From Spirochaetia bacterium (lineage in GTDB: Bacteria > Spirochaetota > Spirochaetia > UBA9216): a stretch of 64,000 bases of DNA. The notes under the pieces are model-generated. The model did no database searches, was not told where the DNA came from, and saw only the letters and a program-made list of their open reading frames with translations. Shown in pieces: positions 38,460 to 50,100 of the stretch. Each line of letters opens with the position of its first letter. The first letter of the stretch is position 1. The DNA lies in the NCBI GenBank assembly GCA_963675665.1, contig OY776510.1, positions 4,576,001-4,640,000 on the forward strand, written 5' to 3'. A program made the position numbers and the translations under genes.

Positions 38460-39416
38460 ATGGATATCAAATCATACTCTGAAGCAGGGGTCGATATTGA
38501 AAAAGGCGACCGCTTTGCTTCATATATATCATCGATAAAATCCCCTGCTGTTTCGAACACCATAGGCGGGTTTGCCGGAGGTGTTGAGCTGGATATGAGC
38601 GGTTTTAAGAAACCGATTCTGTTGTCGGCAACAGACGGCGTCGGCACCAAACTTATTGTCGCCCAGAAACTGAAAAAATATGATACTTTAGGCATTGATC
38701 TTACCGCTATGTGCGTAAACGACCTTGCCGTCTGCGGCGCATGGCCGCTGAGCTTTCTTGACTATATAGGCTGCGGCAGCCTTAATGAAAACATAATGAA
38801 GGAAGTAATTAAAGGAATCGTCGACGGCTGTGAACAGGCTGAATGCATCCTGGCGGGCGGCGAAACCGCCGAGATGCCCGACATGTACGAAGGAGACGAC
38901 TTTGATCTGGCGGGCTTCTGCGTCGGAATTGTTGAAAAATCCGAAATGCTTCCGTTCACCGACAGGATAAAATCCGGAGATATCATTCTGGGCCTGCCGT
39001 CCTCAGGAATTCATTCAAACGGTCTGTCGCTTGCCCGCAAGGTTATTCCCGATACCGACAAGGCGTTGATGAACATGCTGCTTACACCCACAATTATTTA
39101 CGTCAGGGCCCTTAAAAGCCTGTTGTCAACCGGAAAAATACTCTCGGCGGCACATATTACCGGAGGCGGTCTTGAGAGCAACCTGAAACGGGTCCTTCCC
39201 GGCAGTCTTGAACCCGAGTTCAATTACAGCTGGCGCGTTCCGGAAATTTTTGATGTAATCAGAAAAAAAGGCGGTATAGATGATGCCGAAATGCGAAAAG
39301 TCTTCAATATGGGTATCGGAATTGCGATGATAGTACACCCTGAAGATGTTGACGCTGTTCTGTCACAGGCTGCTGTTTCAGAAATTAATATCTTTGAAGC
39401 AGGAAGGCTTTCTTAA
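38460..39416 (+). CDS. purM: AIR synthetase
   Basis: YSEAGVDI, DGVGTK, AMCVND, GGETAEMP, SSGIHSNG, HITGGG. Confidence 0.97.
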   Translation: MDIKSYSEAGVDIEKGDRFASYISSIKSPAVSNTIGGFAGGVELDMSGFKKPILLSATDGVGTKLIVAQKLKKYDTLGIDLTAMCVNDLAVCGAWPLSFLDYIGCGSLNENIMKEVIKGIVDGCEQAECILAGGETAEMPDMYEGDDFDLAGFCVGIVEKSEMLPFTDRIKSGDIILGLPSSGIHSNGLSLARKVIPDTDKALMNMLLTPTIIYVRALKSLLSTGKILSAAHITGGGLESNLKRVLPGSLEPEFNYSWRVPEIFDVIRKKGGIDDAEMRKVFNMGIGIAMIVHPEDVDAVLSQAAVSEINIFEAGRLS

Positions 39417-40000
39417 TGGCCAGACTTGCGGTTCTTGCCTCGGGAAGCGGTTCCAACTTTGAAGCAATAGCGGAAAAGATCTCCGGTTCAGAACATGAGA
39501 TTTGCTGCCTTGTCTGTGATAAAAAAGACGCGTACGCATTTAAAAGAGCTGAAAGATTCGGTATTAAATCACATTTTGTATCATATCCCGGACGGAAACG
39601 AGAAGATACCGAAAAAGAGATAACTGAAATCCTTGAAGCTGCCGGGACAGATCTTGTTGCCCTTGCCGGCTTTATGCGGCTTCTTACCCCGCAGCTTATT
39701 GATCATTTTCCGGGAAAAATTATCAACATTCACCCGTCACTGCTGCCCAAATACCCCGGAAAACACGGCATTTTAGACAGTTACAACTCCGAAGACACAG
39801 AACTGGGCATCACAATTCACAGGGTTGATTACGGTCTTGACACTGGGCCGATAATTATGCAAAAGTCTTTTAAAAGATGCGGAAAGGAAAGCATTGAGGA
39901 AATAGAATCAATGATTCACCAGCTTGAGCATCAAAGCTATCCTGATGTATTGCTGGAAATCCTTGGCGAAATTGATAATTTTCCTGATAGTTATAATTAG
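39416..40000 (+). CDS. purN: GAR transformylase
   Basis: ASGSGSN, LAGFMRLL, NIHPSLLP, LDTGPII. Confidence 0.96.
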   Translation: MARLAVLASGSGSNFEAIAEKISGSEHEICCLVCDKKDAYAFKRAERFGIKSHFVSYPGRKREDTEKEITEILEAAGTDLVALAGFMRLLTPQLIDHFPGKIINIHPSLLPKYPGKHGILDSYNSEDTELGITIHRVDYGLDTGPIIMQKSFKRCGKESIEEIESMIHQLEHQSYPDVLLEILGEIDNFPDSYN

Positions 40001-40083
40001 CAGCCGCCAGGTTACTTGGAAAGCTCATTTAGCAAATATAAAATTTTTAAATATTATAATATTTTCATCACTGGAGGATTTTT

Positions 40084-41340
40084 TTGAAAGTTCTTATACT
40101 TGGATCAGGAGCCAGGGAACATGCCATCACCTGGAAATATTCAAAGAGTAAACGGATAACAGGTTTATATATTGCTCCCGGTAATGCCGGAACCGATGAA
40201 TTGGGAGTTAACCTGCCTGACGTTAATCCTGAAAATTCTGAACAGGTCATCAATGCCTGCACAAAATATAATATTTCCCACGTCTTTGTCGGCCCCGAAG
40301 CGCCGCTAGCCGCCGGCATAGTTGATGAATTGAATAAAGCCGGCATCCCTGCAATAGGGCCCCATAAAGCTGCTGCAAGGCTTGAGGGAAGCAAGATTTT
40401 CTCCAAGAATTTTATGAATAAGCATAACATCCCCACAGCAGAAGCCGTAATTTTTGATAAATCCGAGAAATTTGAAAAACACATCAGAAACCAGTCGGGT
40501 CCTGTTGTAATAAAAAAAGACGGCCTGGCCGCGGGTAAGGGCGTTCTTGTATCGGAAGATACTGAAGAACTTGCAGCTTTCGGAAAAGAAATTCTTAAAG
40601 ACGACAGCCTTCTCGTGGAAAAATGCCTTCAGGGCTATGAAGTGTCCATTTTCACTCTTACGGACGGTAAAAATTATAAACTGCTTCCTGTATGCGCTGA
40701 TTTCAAACGCGCCGGAGAAGGCGATACCGGTTTGAATACCGGAGGGATGGGCGCCATCTGCCCGGTCCCCTTTGTAAGCTCTTCAATACTTAACGGAATC
40801 GAAAACAAAATTGTAAAACCGACTTTTGCAGGAATGGAAAAAGATAAACTGAGCTTTATCGGTGTTCTCTATTTCGGAATAATGATGACTGTTGAAGGCC
40901 CGATGCTTCTTGAATATAATGTCCGCTTCGGAGATCCTGAAGCCCAGGTACTGATACCGCTGATAGACTCGGACTTCGGCAATGTTACCGAAGCAATGCT
41001 TAATCAGAACCTTGATGAATACAACCCCAGGGTATCGAACAATTCAGCCCTCGGCGTTGTTGTTGCGGCTGCAGGGTACCCTGCAGGTTATAAAAAAGGT
41101 ATTCCCGTAAAGCCCATCCCCTCCTACCCTGAAAAGGATGCATTAATCTTTCATGCTTCGACCATGGAAGATGAAAACGGAAGACTGCTTACAAACGGAG
41201 GAAGATGTTTTACCTGCGTAGGAATAGGCTCGAACAGCCTGAAAGCAAATGCAAGAGCTTACGAGGCCGTCAAGGGAATTAATTTTGAAGGAGCCTGGTA
41301 CAGGCGGGATATCGGTAAGAAATTCTTTACTAATGAGTAA
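40084..41340 (+). CDS. purD: Phosphoribosylamine--glycine ligase
   Basis: GSGAREHA, VGPEAPL, LEGSK, GLAAGKGV, NTGGMGA, EYNVRFGDPE. Confidence 0.97.
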   Translation: MKVLILGSGAREHAITWKYSKSKRITGLYIAPGNAGTDELGVNLPDVNPENSEQVINACTKYNISHVFVGPEAPLAAGIVDELNKAGIPAIGPHKAAARLEGSKIFSKNFMNKHNIPTAEAVIFDKSEKFEKHIRNQSGPVVIKKDGLAAGKGVLVSEDTEELAAFGKEILKDDSLLVEKCLQGYEVSIFTLTDGKNYKLLPVCADFKRAGEGDTGLNTGGMGAICPVPFVSSSILNGIENKIVKPTFAGMEKDKLSFIGVLYFGIMMTVEGPMLLEYNVRFGDPEAQVLIPLIDSDFGNVTEAMLNQNLDEYNPRVSNNSALGVVVAAAGYPAGYKKGIPVKPIPSYPEKDALIFHASTMEDENGRLLTNGGRCFTCVGIGSNSLKANARAYEAVKGINFEGAWYRRDIGKKFFTNE

Positions 41341-41427
41341 AAACAAAGCAGCATCCGTGCTGCTTTGTTTTTCTGAAGTTTGCTCTGCAAACTTCACCTA
41401 CACGGCTTGCCGTCCATGGCAATGGAG
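41339..41427 (+). repeat. Three-hairpin member of the TCC-loop cassette family
   Basis: 15-bp stem/TCCG loop; TGAAGTTTGC-TCT-GCAAACTTCA; TTGCC-GTCCAT-GGCAA; SD GGAG. Confidence 0.85.
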
Positions 41428-41434
41428 AAAAACC

Positions 41435-41833
41435 ATGAAGGATATTTTATTTATTATAGGTTCGGAATCCGACAAAGCACAGGTTGAACCGGGAATTGCA
41501 CTTGCCGCCGAAAAAAGTCTCAGTTGCGACCTCGCAGTCTATTCGGCACATCGGAACCTTCCTGAACTGACGGATTTTCTTAAAAAAGAGGAAGACAACT
41601 ACAGGGTGATTATAACCGCAGCAGGTCTTTCAGCCGCCCTGCCCGGAGTTGTTGCGGCCATGGTTAAAAAACCGGTGCTCGGCATTCCGCTGGTTTCCGG
41701 CCACCTTGCCGGAATGGATGCCCTGCTTTCGATTCTCCAGCTTCCCAAAGGCATTCCGTGCGCAACAATGGGGATAGGCAAGCAGGGTGTTCTGAACGCC
41801 ATACACCTGGCGGAGCGCATCATCAACTGTTAG
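41435..41833 (+). CDS. purE: AIR carboxylase / N5-CAIR mutase
   Basis: IGSESD, SAHR, AGLSAALPG, PVLGIP, LPKGIP; start at 41435 after SD. Confidence 0.93.
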   Translation: MKDILFIIGSESDKAQVEPGIALAAEKSLSCDLAVYSAHRNLPELTDFLKKEEDNYRVIITAAGLSAALPGVVAAMVKKPVLGIPLVSGHLAGMDALLSILQLPKGIPCATMGIGKQGVLNAIHLAERIINC

Positions 41834-41891
41834 TCCCGCGAAGATAAAATACCATATCGGCTTGATAAACAGAACAAGAGGCAGCAGGCGG

Positions 41892-42674
41892 TTACGAAAC
41901 GGCTTGCTGTCTTTTTATTTCGTACAGAATTATTCCGGCGGCTACCGAGACATTGAGGGAATCTATATGGCCTTCGGAAGGAATACTAATCCCGGCATCA
42001 CATTTTTCGGAGACAAGTCTTGAGACGCCCTTCCCTTCGCTGCCCATTACTATCGCAGTTTTCCCGGTCAGTACCGACTTGTACAGGGGCGTCCCGGCCA
42101 TATCGGCGCTGTAAACCCAGAAACCGCTTTTCTTCAGATAATCCAAAGCCCGGGCAAGATTGTTAACCACAGCAGTATTGATAAAATTCACAGCTCCTGA
42201 AGATGTTCTTGCAACGGTATCGCTTTCCGAAGCTGAACGTCTTGTCCTGCTGACTACAAGATCAACTCCGAACTGGTCGGCGCTTCTTAGTATCGCCCCG
42301 TAATTATGGGGATCGGTAACTCCGTCAAGAATTACAACAATTGCATTTGCCGACTTTATCGAGTCTACCTTATCCTCAAAACTGATGCTCTCTTTACCCC
42401 CGGCGGAAAAACTTCTTTTCCCGGACTGCTGTCCGTCTTCGCTTCCGGAGGCTTTGCTTCCGAACAGCTGAAGAACAACACCGCGGGTATTTTCTCCGAA
42501 CCGTTTGGTCATTTCCGCCGGAGGGATGTTTACAACCTCTACTCCGGCTTTTTCAGCTGCAGTTTTTATTCTGTCGATCCGTGAACTTTTTCTCGACAGA
42601 TACAAACGTCCGGCATTTTTTCCGCTGCGCAGGGCTTCTTCAATTCCGTGCAGCCCGCTGATTATCTTTTCCAA
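41892..42674 (-). CDS. rlmB: 23S rRNA (Gm2251) methyltransferase
   Basis: LDGVTDPHNYGAILRSA, MGSEGKG, DSLNVSVA. Confidence 0.92.
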   Translation of the reverse strand: MEKIISGLHGIEEALRSGKNAGRLYLSRKSSRIDRIKTAAEKAGVEVVNIPPAEMTKRFGENTRGVVLQLFGSKASGSEDGQQSGKRSFSAGGKESISFEDKVDSIKSANAIVVILDGVTDPHNYGAILRSADQFGVDLVVSRTRRSASESDTVARTSSGAVNFINTAVVNNLARALDYLKKSGFWVYSADMAGTPLYKSVLTGKTAIVMGSEGKGVSRLVSEKCDAGISIPSEGHIDSLNVSVAAGIILYEIKRQQAVS

Positions 42675-42676
42675 TT

Positions 42677-43096
42677 CTATTCCCCGGTATAATCTTCAGT
42701 TATATCAATTTTACCGTCAAAATCGGTATCTTTTTCATATTTTTCAATATAGATACCGTCCAGGTAAACCCAGATATCGATTTTCTCATCATAATTCGTA
42801 TCGATTTCCCGCCGTTTCATCTTTCCCCGGGCATACATATAGAAATCGTCCATTTTCCCGTCATAATTAAAATCAAGGATCTCTTCTTTTTTATCCCCGT
42901 TCTCATCGTACCGGATAATATAATCCGCAACCCCGTCATAATTTCTGTCGATACTTACTTCGCTGATAGTCTGCCCGGAAATCTCCAGCCAGCGGTCAGG
43001 TTTTCCGTCTCCGTTGGTATCATCTCCGTTTTCCTGTGCTGTCGCCGGCATTATCGCAAGGACAAACATTGCCGTAATGAGTATAAATCTATGCAT
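42677..43096 (-). CDS. Exported protein with five DxNxDG-like loops
   Basis: Signal peptide; DTNGDG, DRNYDG, DFNYDG, DTNYDE, DTDFDG. Confidence 0.75.
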   Translation of the reverse strand: MHRFILITAMFVLAIMPATAQENGDDTNGDGKPDRWLEISGQTISEVSIDRNYDGVADYIIRYDENGDKKEEILDFNYDGKMDDFYMYARGKMKRREIDTNYDEKIDIWVYLDGIYIEKYEKDTDFDGKIDITEDYTGE

Positions 43097-43175
43097 TTAC
43101 CATCCTTTACTGAGCTTTGTAATATTATCGGTATTTATCGGACGGACGTGAGTGTACCGTCACTGTCTGATCATT

Positions 43176-44300
43176 TTACAGATCAGACAGTGCTATGGGT
43201 TCCGGAGAATCTTCTTCTCCCTGTATGGACGCAAACTGCTTAAGAAGTTCTTTTGCCTTTGCATTCATCCGCTGGGGAGTTTCAACTATTAATTTTATAT
43301 ACATATCACCCTTTCGGCTGCTCTGCAGGTACGGTATGCCTTCATTTTTCAGCCTCAGCATTTTTCCCGTCTGTGCTCCCGGCGGTATTTTCAGTTTAAT
43401 CTTCTTGTCTTCAAGGTTTTTAACCTGAACTTCAGCACCGAGAGCAGCCTGAGTAAAAGATATCGGCAGCGCACAGTAAACATTATTACCGTCGCGCTCA
43501 AAATACTTATGGGGTTTAATTTTAATATATACGTAAAGATCGCCGCTGCGCCCTCCGTTATGTCCGGAATCACCCTGGCCGGGAATAGCAATTCTTTTTC
43601 CGTTTTCAATACCTGCGGGTATTTTAACTTTTATTTTCTGCTGCTTTCGTGTTAATCCGCTTCCGTGGCATGCCTTGCACGGGTCTTCAATTATATGGCC
43701 TTCACCGCCGCAGGTATGACATGGAGAGGCAATGGAGAAGAAGCCGGAATTCCTGCGTACCTGGCCAGTACCCTGACAGGTCGGGCAGGTTTTTCTGCCT
43801 GTTCCGGATGATGCACCGGTACCATTGCATGTTTTACAGGTGACGTCATGCGTATAACTGATTTCTGTTGATGTTCCGAACACAGCATCCTTAAACGATA
43901 TTTCAAGATTATAGCGAAGGTCAGAACCCCGGGGAACACCGCCGGTTGAACGTCTGCGCCCGCCGCCGCCTCCGCCGAAGAAAGAATCAAATATTCCCCC
44001 CATATCGCCGAAAATATCTTCAAAATCGTGAAAAACCGAAGAATAATCGTGCCCGCCGCCGGGGCTGTTTATTCCGTCTACTCCGGCGAAACCGAACTGG
44101 TCGTATGCCTTTCTTTTCTTCTCGTCGCTGAGTACTTCGTAGGCTTCCGTGGCTTCCTTGAATTTCTCTTCAGCTTCAGCATTTCCCGCATTCTTGTCAG
44201 GGTGGTATTGTATAGCCAGTTTCCTGTATGCTTTTTTGATGTCATCCTTGCCCGCGGTTTTTTCAACCCCAAGCACTTCATAATAATCTCGTTTAGCCAA
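43176..44300 (-). CDS. dnaJ: Chaperone DnaJ
   Basis: HPD, G/F region, four CxxCxGxG. Confidence 0.98.
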   Translation of the reverse strand: MAKRDYYEVLGVEKTAGKDDIKKAYRKLAIQYHPDKNAGNAEAEEKFKEATEAYEVLSDEKKRKAYDQFGFAGVDGINSPGGGHDYSSVFHDFEDIFGDMGGIFDSFFGGGGGGRRRSTGGVPRGSDLRYNLEISFKDAVFGTSTEISYTHDVTCKTCNGTGASSGTGRKTCPTCQGTGQVRRNSGFFSIASPCHTCGGEGHIIEDPCKACHGSGLTRKQQKIKVKIPAGIENGKRIAIPGQGDSGHNGGRSGDLYVYIKIKPHKYFERDGNNVYCALPISFTQAALGAEVQVKNLEDKKIKLKIPPGAQTGKMLRLKNEGIPYLQSSRKGDMYIKLIVETPQRMNAKAKELLKQFASIQGEEDSPEPIALSDL

Positions 44301-44340
44301 CTTTCACACCTTACAGCTTTATTTCACATCAGTTTATCAT

Positions 44341-44385
44341 AAAAGGCACAAAGCCTGCTACCAAAGCCGCGCCCTGTGCCTTTTT
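44341..44385. terminator. Hairpin between dnaK and dnaJ
   Basis: AAAAGGCACA...TGTGCCTTTT with large loop. Confidence 0.5.
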
Positions 44386-44416
44386 ATTAATTTTTCAGTC
44401 TGCTGTTATAACACAG

Positions 44417-46366
44417 TTATTTTTTATCATCCTCATCGTCAACAACCTCAAAATCAACATCATCAACACTTCCGCTTGTCGGAGAATCCTGGCCCTCGCT
44501 GCCGCGGGCTCCGCCTGCGTCGCCGCCTTCAGCTCCGGCGGCACCTGCCTGCTGGGCCTGAGCGCCTGCTTCCTTGTAGATTTCTTCGGCCAGTTTATGA
44601 GAAGCTTCTTTCACAACCTCAATCTTGGCTTTCATCTGATTAATATCATTTGAAGATATTACCGATTTCAGTTCTTCAACCGCCGCATTGATTTTGCTTT
44701 TCTCATCATCCGACACTTTGTCGCCGTAATCTTTTAATGATTTCTCGGTTGCGTAAACCAGTGTTTCAGCTTCGTTTTTAACCTCGGCTTTTTCACGTTC
44801 TTTCTTGTCCGCCTCGGCATTAATCTCGGCCTCTTTAACCATCTTGTCTATTTCTGCTTCCGACAGGCCTGAAGATGATTCAATTCTTATCTTCTGTTCC
44901 TTGCCGGTTCCAAGGTCTTTCGCCGAAACATGGACTATACCGTTGGCATCAATATCAAATGCCACCTCAATCTGGGGAACGCCGCGTGGTGCAGGCGGGA
45001 TTCCCACAAGGTCGAAGTTTCCAAGCGTTCTGTTCTGGGCTGCCATCTCACGCTCTCCCTGAAGAACATGTATGGAAACCGCCGTCTGATTATCAGCTGC
45101 TGTCGAGAAAACCTGGCTCTTTCTGGTAGGAATTGTGGTATTGCGTTCAATCAGCTTTGTCGAAACACCGCCGAGCGTCTCAATTCCGAGAGACAGCGGA
45201 GTTACATCAAGCAGCAGAACATCCTTTACGTCTCCGCCGAGAATACCGCCCTGAATAGCCGCGCCCATTGCAACAACCTCGTCGGGATTGACTCCGCGAT
45301 TCGGTTCCTTGTTAAATATGCTCTTTACAATTTCCTGTACTGCCGGAATTCTTGTTGAACCGCCGACGAGAATAACTTCGTCAATTTCAGAAGCTGCAAT
45401 ACCGGCGTCCTTTATTGCATTCAGACAGGGCTGTTTTGTTCGCTGAACAAGATCCGCTGTCATCTGGTCGAACTGGGCCCTCGAAAGGTTATACTGAAGA
45501 TGTTTGGGCCCGGAAGCATCGGCAGTGATAAAAGGCAGATTGATATCAGTCGACTGACGTGAAGACAGCTCAATCTTGGCCTTTTCCGCTGATTCTTTGA
45601 GTCTCTGCAGGGCCATCTTGTCCTTGGACAGGTCGATAGACTGATCTTTCCTGAAACTGTCAACAAGCCAGTTAATAATTGCCTGATCAAAATTGTCTCC
45701 GCCGAGATGAGTATCGCCGTTAGTGGATTTTACTTCAAAAACCCCGTCGCCCAGCTCCAGAATGGATATGTCAAAGGTTCCGCCGCCAAGGTCATATACG
45801 GCAATTTTCTCTTCCTTGCTTTCGCGGCCGTTACCGTATGCAAGTGAAGCGGCAGTCGGTTCGTTAACAATCCGCTTTACATCAAGTCCCGCAATTCTTC
45901 CGGCATCTTTTGTTGCCTGTCTCTGGGCATCGTTAAAATATGCAGGAACAGTGATTACAGCCTCGGAAACTTCTTCTCCAAGATAGTCTTCAGCTGTTTT
46001 TTTCATCTTCTGCAGAACCGCCGCCGAAATTTCCGGAGGAGAGAAATGTTTTCCTCTCACATCTACTCTGAGATCTCCGCCGCTTCCTTCGACAACATTA
46101 TAAGGCACCATTTTTACTTCTTCAGGCACTTCTGCGTATTTATGTCCCATAAATCTCTTAATTGAGAAAATAGTATTTTCAGGGTTAGTAACCATCTGGT
46201 TTTTAGCAGGCTGACCTACAAGTCTTTCATCCTTGTCGGTAAAAGCTACTATTGAGGGGGTTGTTCTCTGCCCCTCCGAGTTTTGAATTACTACAGGTTC
46301 TCCGCCTTCCATTACAGCAACACATGAATTGGTTGTCCCGAGGTCAATACCGATAATTCTTCCCAT
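44417..46366 (-). CDS. dnaK: Chaperone DnaK
   Basis: [25 protein letters not shown]. Confidence 0.99.
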   Translation of the reverse strand: MGRIIGIDLGTTNSCVAVMEGGEPVVIQNSEGQRTTPSIVAFTDKDERLVGQPAKNQMVTNPENTIFSIKRFMGHKYAEVPEEVKMVPYNVVEGSGGDLRVDVRGKHFSPPEISAAVLQKMKKTAEDYLGEEVSEAVITVPAYFNDAQRQATKDAGRIAGLDVKRIVNEPTAASLAYGNGRESKEEKIAVYDLGGGTFDISILELGDGVFEVKSTNGDTHLGGDNFDQAIINWLVDSFRKDQSIDLSKDKMALQRLKESAEKAKIELSSRQSTDINLPFITADASGPKHLQYNLSRAQFDQMTADLVQRTKQPCLNAIKDAGIAASEIDEVILVGGSTRIPAVQEIVKSIFNKEPNRGVNPDEVVAMGAAIQGGILGGDVKDVLLLDVTPLSLGIETLGGVSTKLIERNTTIPTRKSQVFSTAADNQTAVSIHVLQGEREMAAQNRTLGNFDLVGIPPAPRGVPQIEVAFDIDANGIVHVSAKDLGTGKEQKIRIESSSGLSEAEIDKMVKEAEINAEADKKEREKAEVKNEAETLVYATEKSLKDYGDKVSDDEKSKINAAVEELKSVISSNDINQMKAKIEVVKEASHKLAEEIYKEAGAQAQQAGAAGAEGGDAGGARGSEGQDSPTSGSVDDVDFEVVDDEDDKK

Positions 46367-46393
46367 ATTATTTCTCCTTTCTAGGTTCTCTTC

Positions 46394-47035
46394 TTATTCG
46401 TTTATCTGCGCAGGCGGTTTACTTACCTTAACCTTGGCATGTCGTATTACTCTGTCATGAAGCGTATATCCCTTCATGAAATCTTCCAAAACCGTTTGAG
46501 CGTCGTATTCATCCGACTCTTCCATCATCAGCGCTTCATGCTTTTCCGGATCAAACGGCTGTCCTGCACTGTCAAAGCGCTTCAATCCCCAGTTGGATTC
46601 AAGCATCGTAATCATCTGCTTTTCAATCAGTTCTATTCCGGAATGAAAAGCCTGAAAATCTTTCGAATCTTCAGACGACTGAAGGGCCCGTTCAAAATCA
46701 TCAATAACGGATATTATATCCGTCAGAAGCGAAGAATTGGCGAATTTTATTGAATCTTCCTTTTCCCGAAGCATTCGCTTACGAAAATTCTCAAAATCAG
46801 CCTGTTTTCTGAGATACTGATCTTTCAGTTCTTCAATTTCCGCTTTAGCTTCAACAAGAGACTTTGCATAACCTTCAATCTCTTTCTTGAGCTTTTTGAT
46901 TTCCTTTTCGTCCCTGGTTTCTTTTGCAGGTTTTGATCCTTTCGATTTCTTCGAATCAGTCTTCTCTGCCGCTTTTTCTTCGGAAGCTGTTGTCTCGTTC
47001 TTCTCATCTTCCTTTGTATCTGTTTCTTCTGCCAT
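46394..47035 (-). CDS. grpE: Nucleotide exchange factor GrpE
   Basis: ADFENFRKR, FDPEKHEA, GY.L.DRVIR.AKV; start MAEET after GAGG. Confidence 0.96.
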   Translation of the reverse strand: MAEETDTKEDEKNETTASEEKAAEKTDSKKSKGSKPAKETRDEKEIKKLKKEIEGYAKSLVEAKAEIEELKDQYLRKQADFENFRKRMLREKEDSIKFANSSLLTDIISVIDDFERALQSSEDSKDFQAFHSGIELIEKQMITMLESNWGLKRFDSAGQPFDPEKHEALMMEESDEYDAQTVLEDFMKGYTLHDRVIRHAKVKVSKPPAQINE

Positions 47036-47122
47036 AACTTCCTCTAAGTACAATTTGAGCGAGATAGATAATGAATATCAAATCCTTGTGTATAAAATAA
47101 TAATGCAGGGGATAAGCGTCAA

Positions 47123-50100
47123 CTACTTTTTAGGTTGAAGTTCAAGTATAAGTTCCACTTCTCCCCTTGCAAGCTGTGTAGATTTGGCAATTTCCTCAAC
47201 CTTCCATCCCTGCCTGGCCAGCTTTATAACAACATCGCGCAATTCATGCGGCGGAGCCCCTGTGCCCCTGGTTTTGGTTGAAGATCCCTTTACCAGCGTT
47301 CCAAGCAGTTTCACCTGCTCCTGCGCCTGCTTGTTTACCTCTTCAAGCCGGGTCTCGGTACCGGCAAGCCATTCCCGTGCCTTCTGCATTCGCTCAATTC
47401 TTTCTTCAAGGTCGACCAGCGTAGAATCTATGGTTTCAATATGACCTATTACCGTATCTATCTGCTTCTTGTTCTTGGAAAGAAAATCTATCCGCCGCGT
47501 AAGCTCGTCAAGCCTCGAATTCAGAGGCATACTCTTCTCGGATATCACGCTTATCATATGATCAAGTTCGTTAAGCTGTTCGAAACCGCGGTCAACTCCG
47601 CTGATTGTTGAGTCGACCACCGCTTCCTTCTTCTGCAGACGCTCATAACGGCCCTCCACTTCCTTCTGCAGACCATCAAGCTCTCTGAGTTTCATCTGCA
47701 CTATCTGAAGGCTGTCATCAGCAGCTGTGACCTGATTAAGCCGGGCATCAATCGACTGCGATATACTCATAAGTCGATGAAAGTCGGAATCCAGTTCCTC
47801 AATTTTCCTGCGATCCGCGCTGAAGGCCGCCATTTTTGAGGAAACATCCTCCGCAAGTTTTTTAACTGTGAGAAATTTCTTCTCGGCTTCATGTATTTCG
47901 GCCGCCTGGGCAGTGACCCTGCTGATTTCCATCTGAAGGGCGTTTACACCCGTTTCCAGGGCCTCTTTCATTGAGTCAGCCCGTTCAAAAATCCTGGTCT
48001 GGGCGATAAAACTCTTCTGTTTGCCGTCTATTTCATTGAGCGTAAAGGAAAGCTCCCGGCTTTGTTCCTCGATTTTCTCATACATACGCTTGGCGGCAAG
48101 ATTGAAACCGTCGTTAATCTCGGCTGCCTTGTCATCGAAACCGCGCAGATGCTGATCCAGCTCGTTCTGAATATCACGGCTCCTGCGCTGAATGTCGCTG
48201 ACCAGGTTGTCGAAATCGTTGCGATGAGAGGCCATGGCTTCCCGTATTTCAGCCATACGCTCGGCGGCCTCGGCTTTCATCAGGGAGTACTGCTCCGACA
48301 TTGTATTTTCATTCTCGGACAGCTGCTGATTAACCCTCGCCTGCCAGAGTTCAATTTCTCCGGTCTGCGCTTCAATTTTCTGCTTAATCTTTTCACGATC
48401 TGCAATTACGTTTTCTTCAGCCTCACGCAAACCGGTTTCTGCCTCACGCATAAAACGGTTTATGTCGGCTTTAACAGTCGTACGTGTTTTTTCAATTTCG
48501 TTAAGCAGGAATGTTTCAAGCGATTCATTAGCCTCTGCAACTTCGGTATCAAGCTGTTCCTTCATACCGTCAATAACACCATCGATACTATTAAGCTTTC
48601 TCTTTATAACGCCTTCATAACTCTCGACATGCTGTTCATATTTACTGAATTCTCCGGATGTTTTATCCAGAAGACCGGAGATCTTCCTGTTCAGACCTTC
48701 ATTATAGGTGTTTTCCAGCTCTTCCCGGCCTGCAATTGAATCATTGGAAATCTGTTCAAGCCTGAAATCAATCGACTGCTGCCATTCAAGGAGCTGCTTT
48801 TCCATCAGTCCGCTCTTTTCTTTCAGGTCGTCAAAGAATTCATCCTCGAAATCCTTCAGCTTGACGGACACATTTTCATATGCACTGGCTTTGAGAGCAT
48901 CAAGGTCTTCTTCCAGCCCGGTCATGACATCCCGTGTCGCGGAGATATCGCCGTTAAGAGCGTCGCTGCTTTGTTTCCAGCGTACGTTCATATCATCCCT
49001 GATTTCTTCAAAGCCGGAATTAACTTCTACCACAGCTTTGTCTACCATCTGCTTCAGATTATTTTCAAGCAGATCAATATCGGATGTGATCTCCTCAATT
49101 CTTGTCAGTTTATAGGCAAGGTTCTCTTCAAATTCCGATAGCCTGGATTCCTTTTCATTAACGTTTGCAATCATTTTCTCAACGCGACTGAATACGTCAC
49201 CCTTTGTCCGCTCAACAAGCTTTCTGCTTTCTTCTTCTATTTCAGAAAGCATCTGTTCCGTTTTAGGTTTAAGAGCATCTACCCTGCTTTTTATATCGGC
49301 CTGGCCGTCTTCAAGTTCTTTCTGCAGTTTTGCACGCCATACGGTAATTTCAGACTGGCTTTCACCGAACGAGTTGTCAATTTCAGATCTGTATGAAAGA
49401 GAACCTTTCTTTAAATCTTCAAAAACATTATTGATTTGTTTTCTGGTGTCGCGGGAACGCTCTTCAATATAGGTCTTCAGCGCCGCAAAAACATCATCCT
49501 CAAGAAGTTTTGCCTTTTCGGCTGATTCTTTCAGATTCTGCTGGTAGGTTTCTTCCAAATTGTTGATATTATCCTTGAAAGAAACCAGTTTATTGCCCAG
49601 CAGCTCTCCGATTTCTTCCACATGGGTCCTGAATCGGCTTTCAGAACTGTCAAGACGCTTCTGAAGTTCATTACGTTTGTCTTCCGAAGCAGCAAGCATT
49701 GCATCAAGACTTACGTTGAAATCTTCATTAAGGGCCCGGAGCTTTCCGTCGGCATTATCAATTGATTCTTCAACCTTGTTTGAGATGTCCCGGAGAAATG
49801 TTTCGGCGGCTTTATCGCGTCTGGACTCAAGCGAATCAAGATGAGCCGTAAATTCCTCGACCCTGTCGCTGCCCATGGCAATTCCGTCAAGAACAACCGC
49901 AGCCTGGCGTTCAACTTCGGAAAACAGCTCAATACGTAGTTTCTCAAATTCTTTTTCATTCTTTACGGCAAATTCTTCATTTATCTGGGGGATTACTTTT
50001 TCAATCTGAACTATACGCGTCTGGGCATCCTTCAGACGCTTGCCTACCTTGTCTACAAACTCAGATTCCTGATGCAGTCGTTTAAGGTTCTCGTCAACCT

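Noticed and set aside
41249-41434. N-terminal extension of PurE
   Set aside because: Overlaps purD and the hairpin cassette; SD and homology point to ATG 41435
47036-47122. CIRCE operator upstream of grpE-dnaK-dnaJ
   Set aside because: No TTAGCACTC-N9-GAGTGCTAA and no hrcA adjacent
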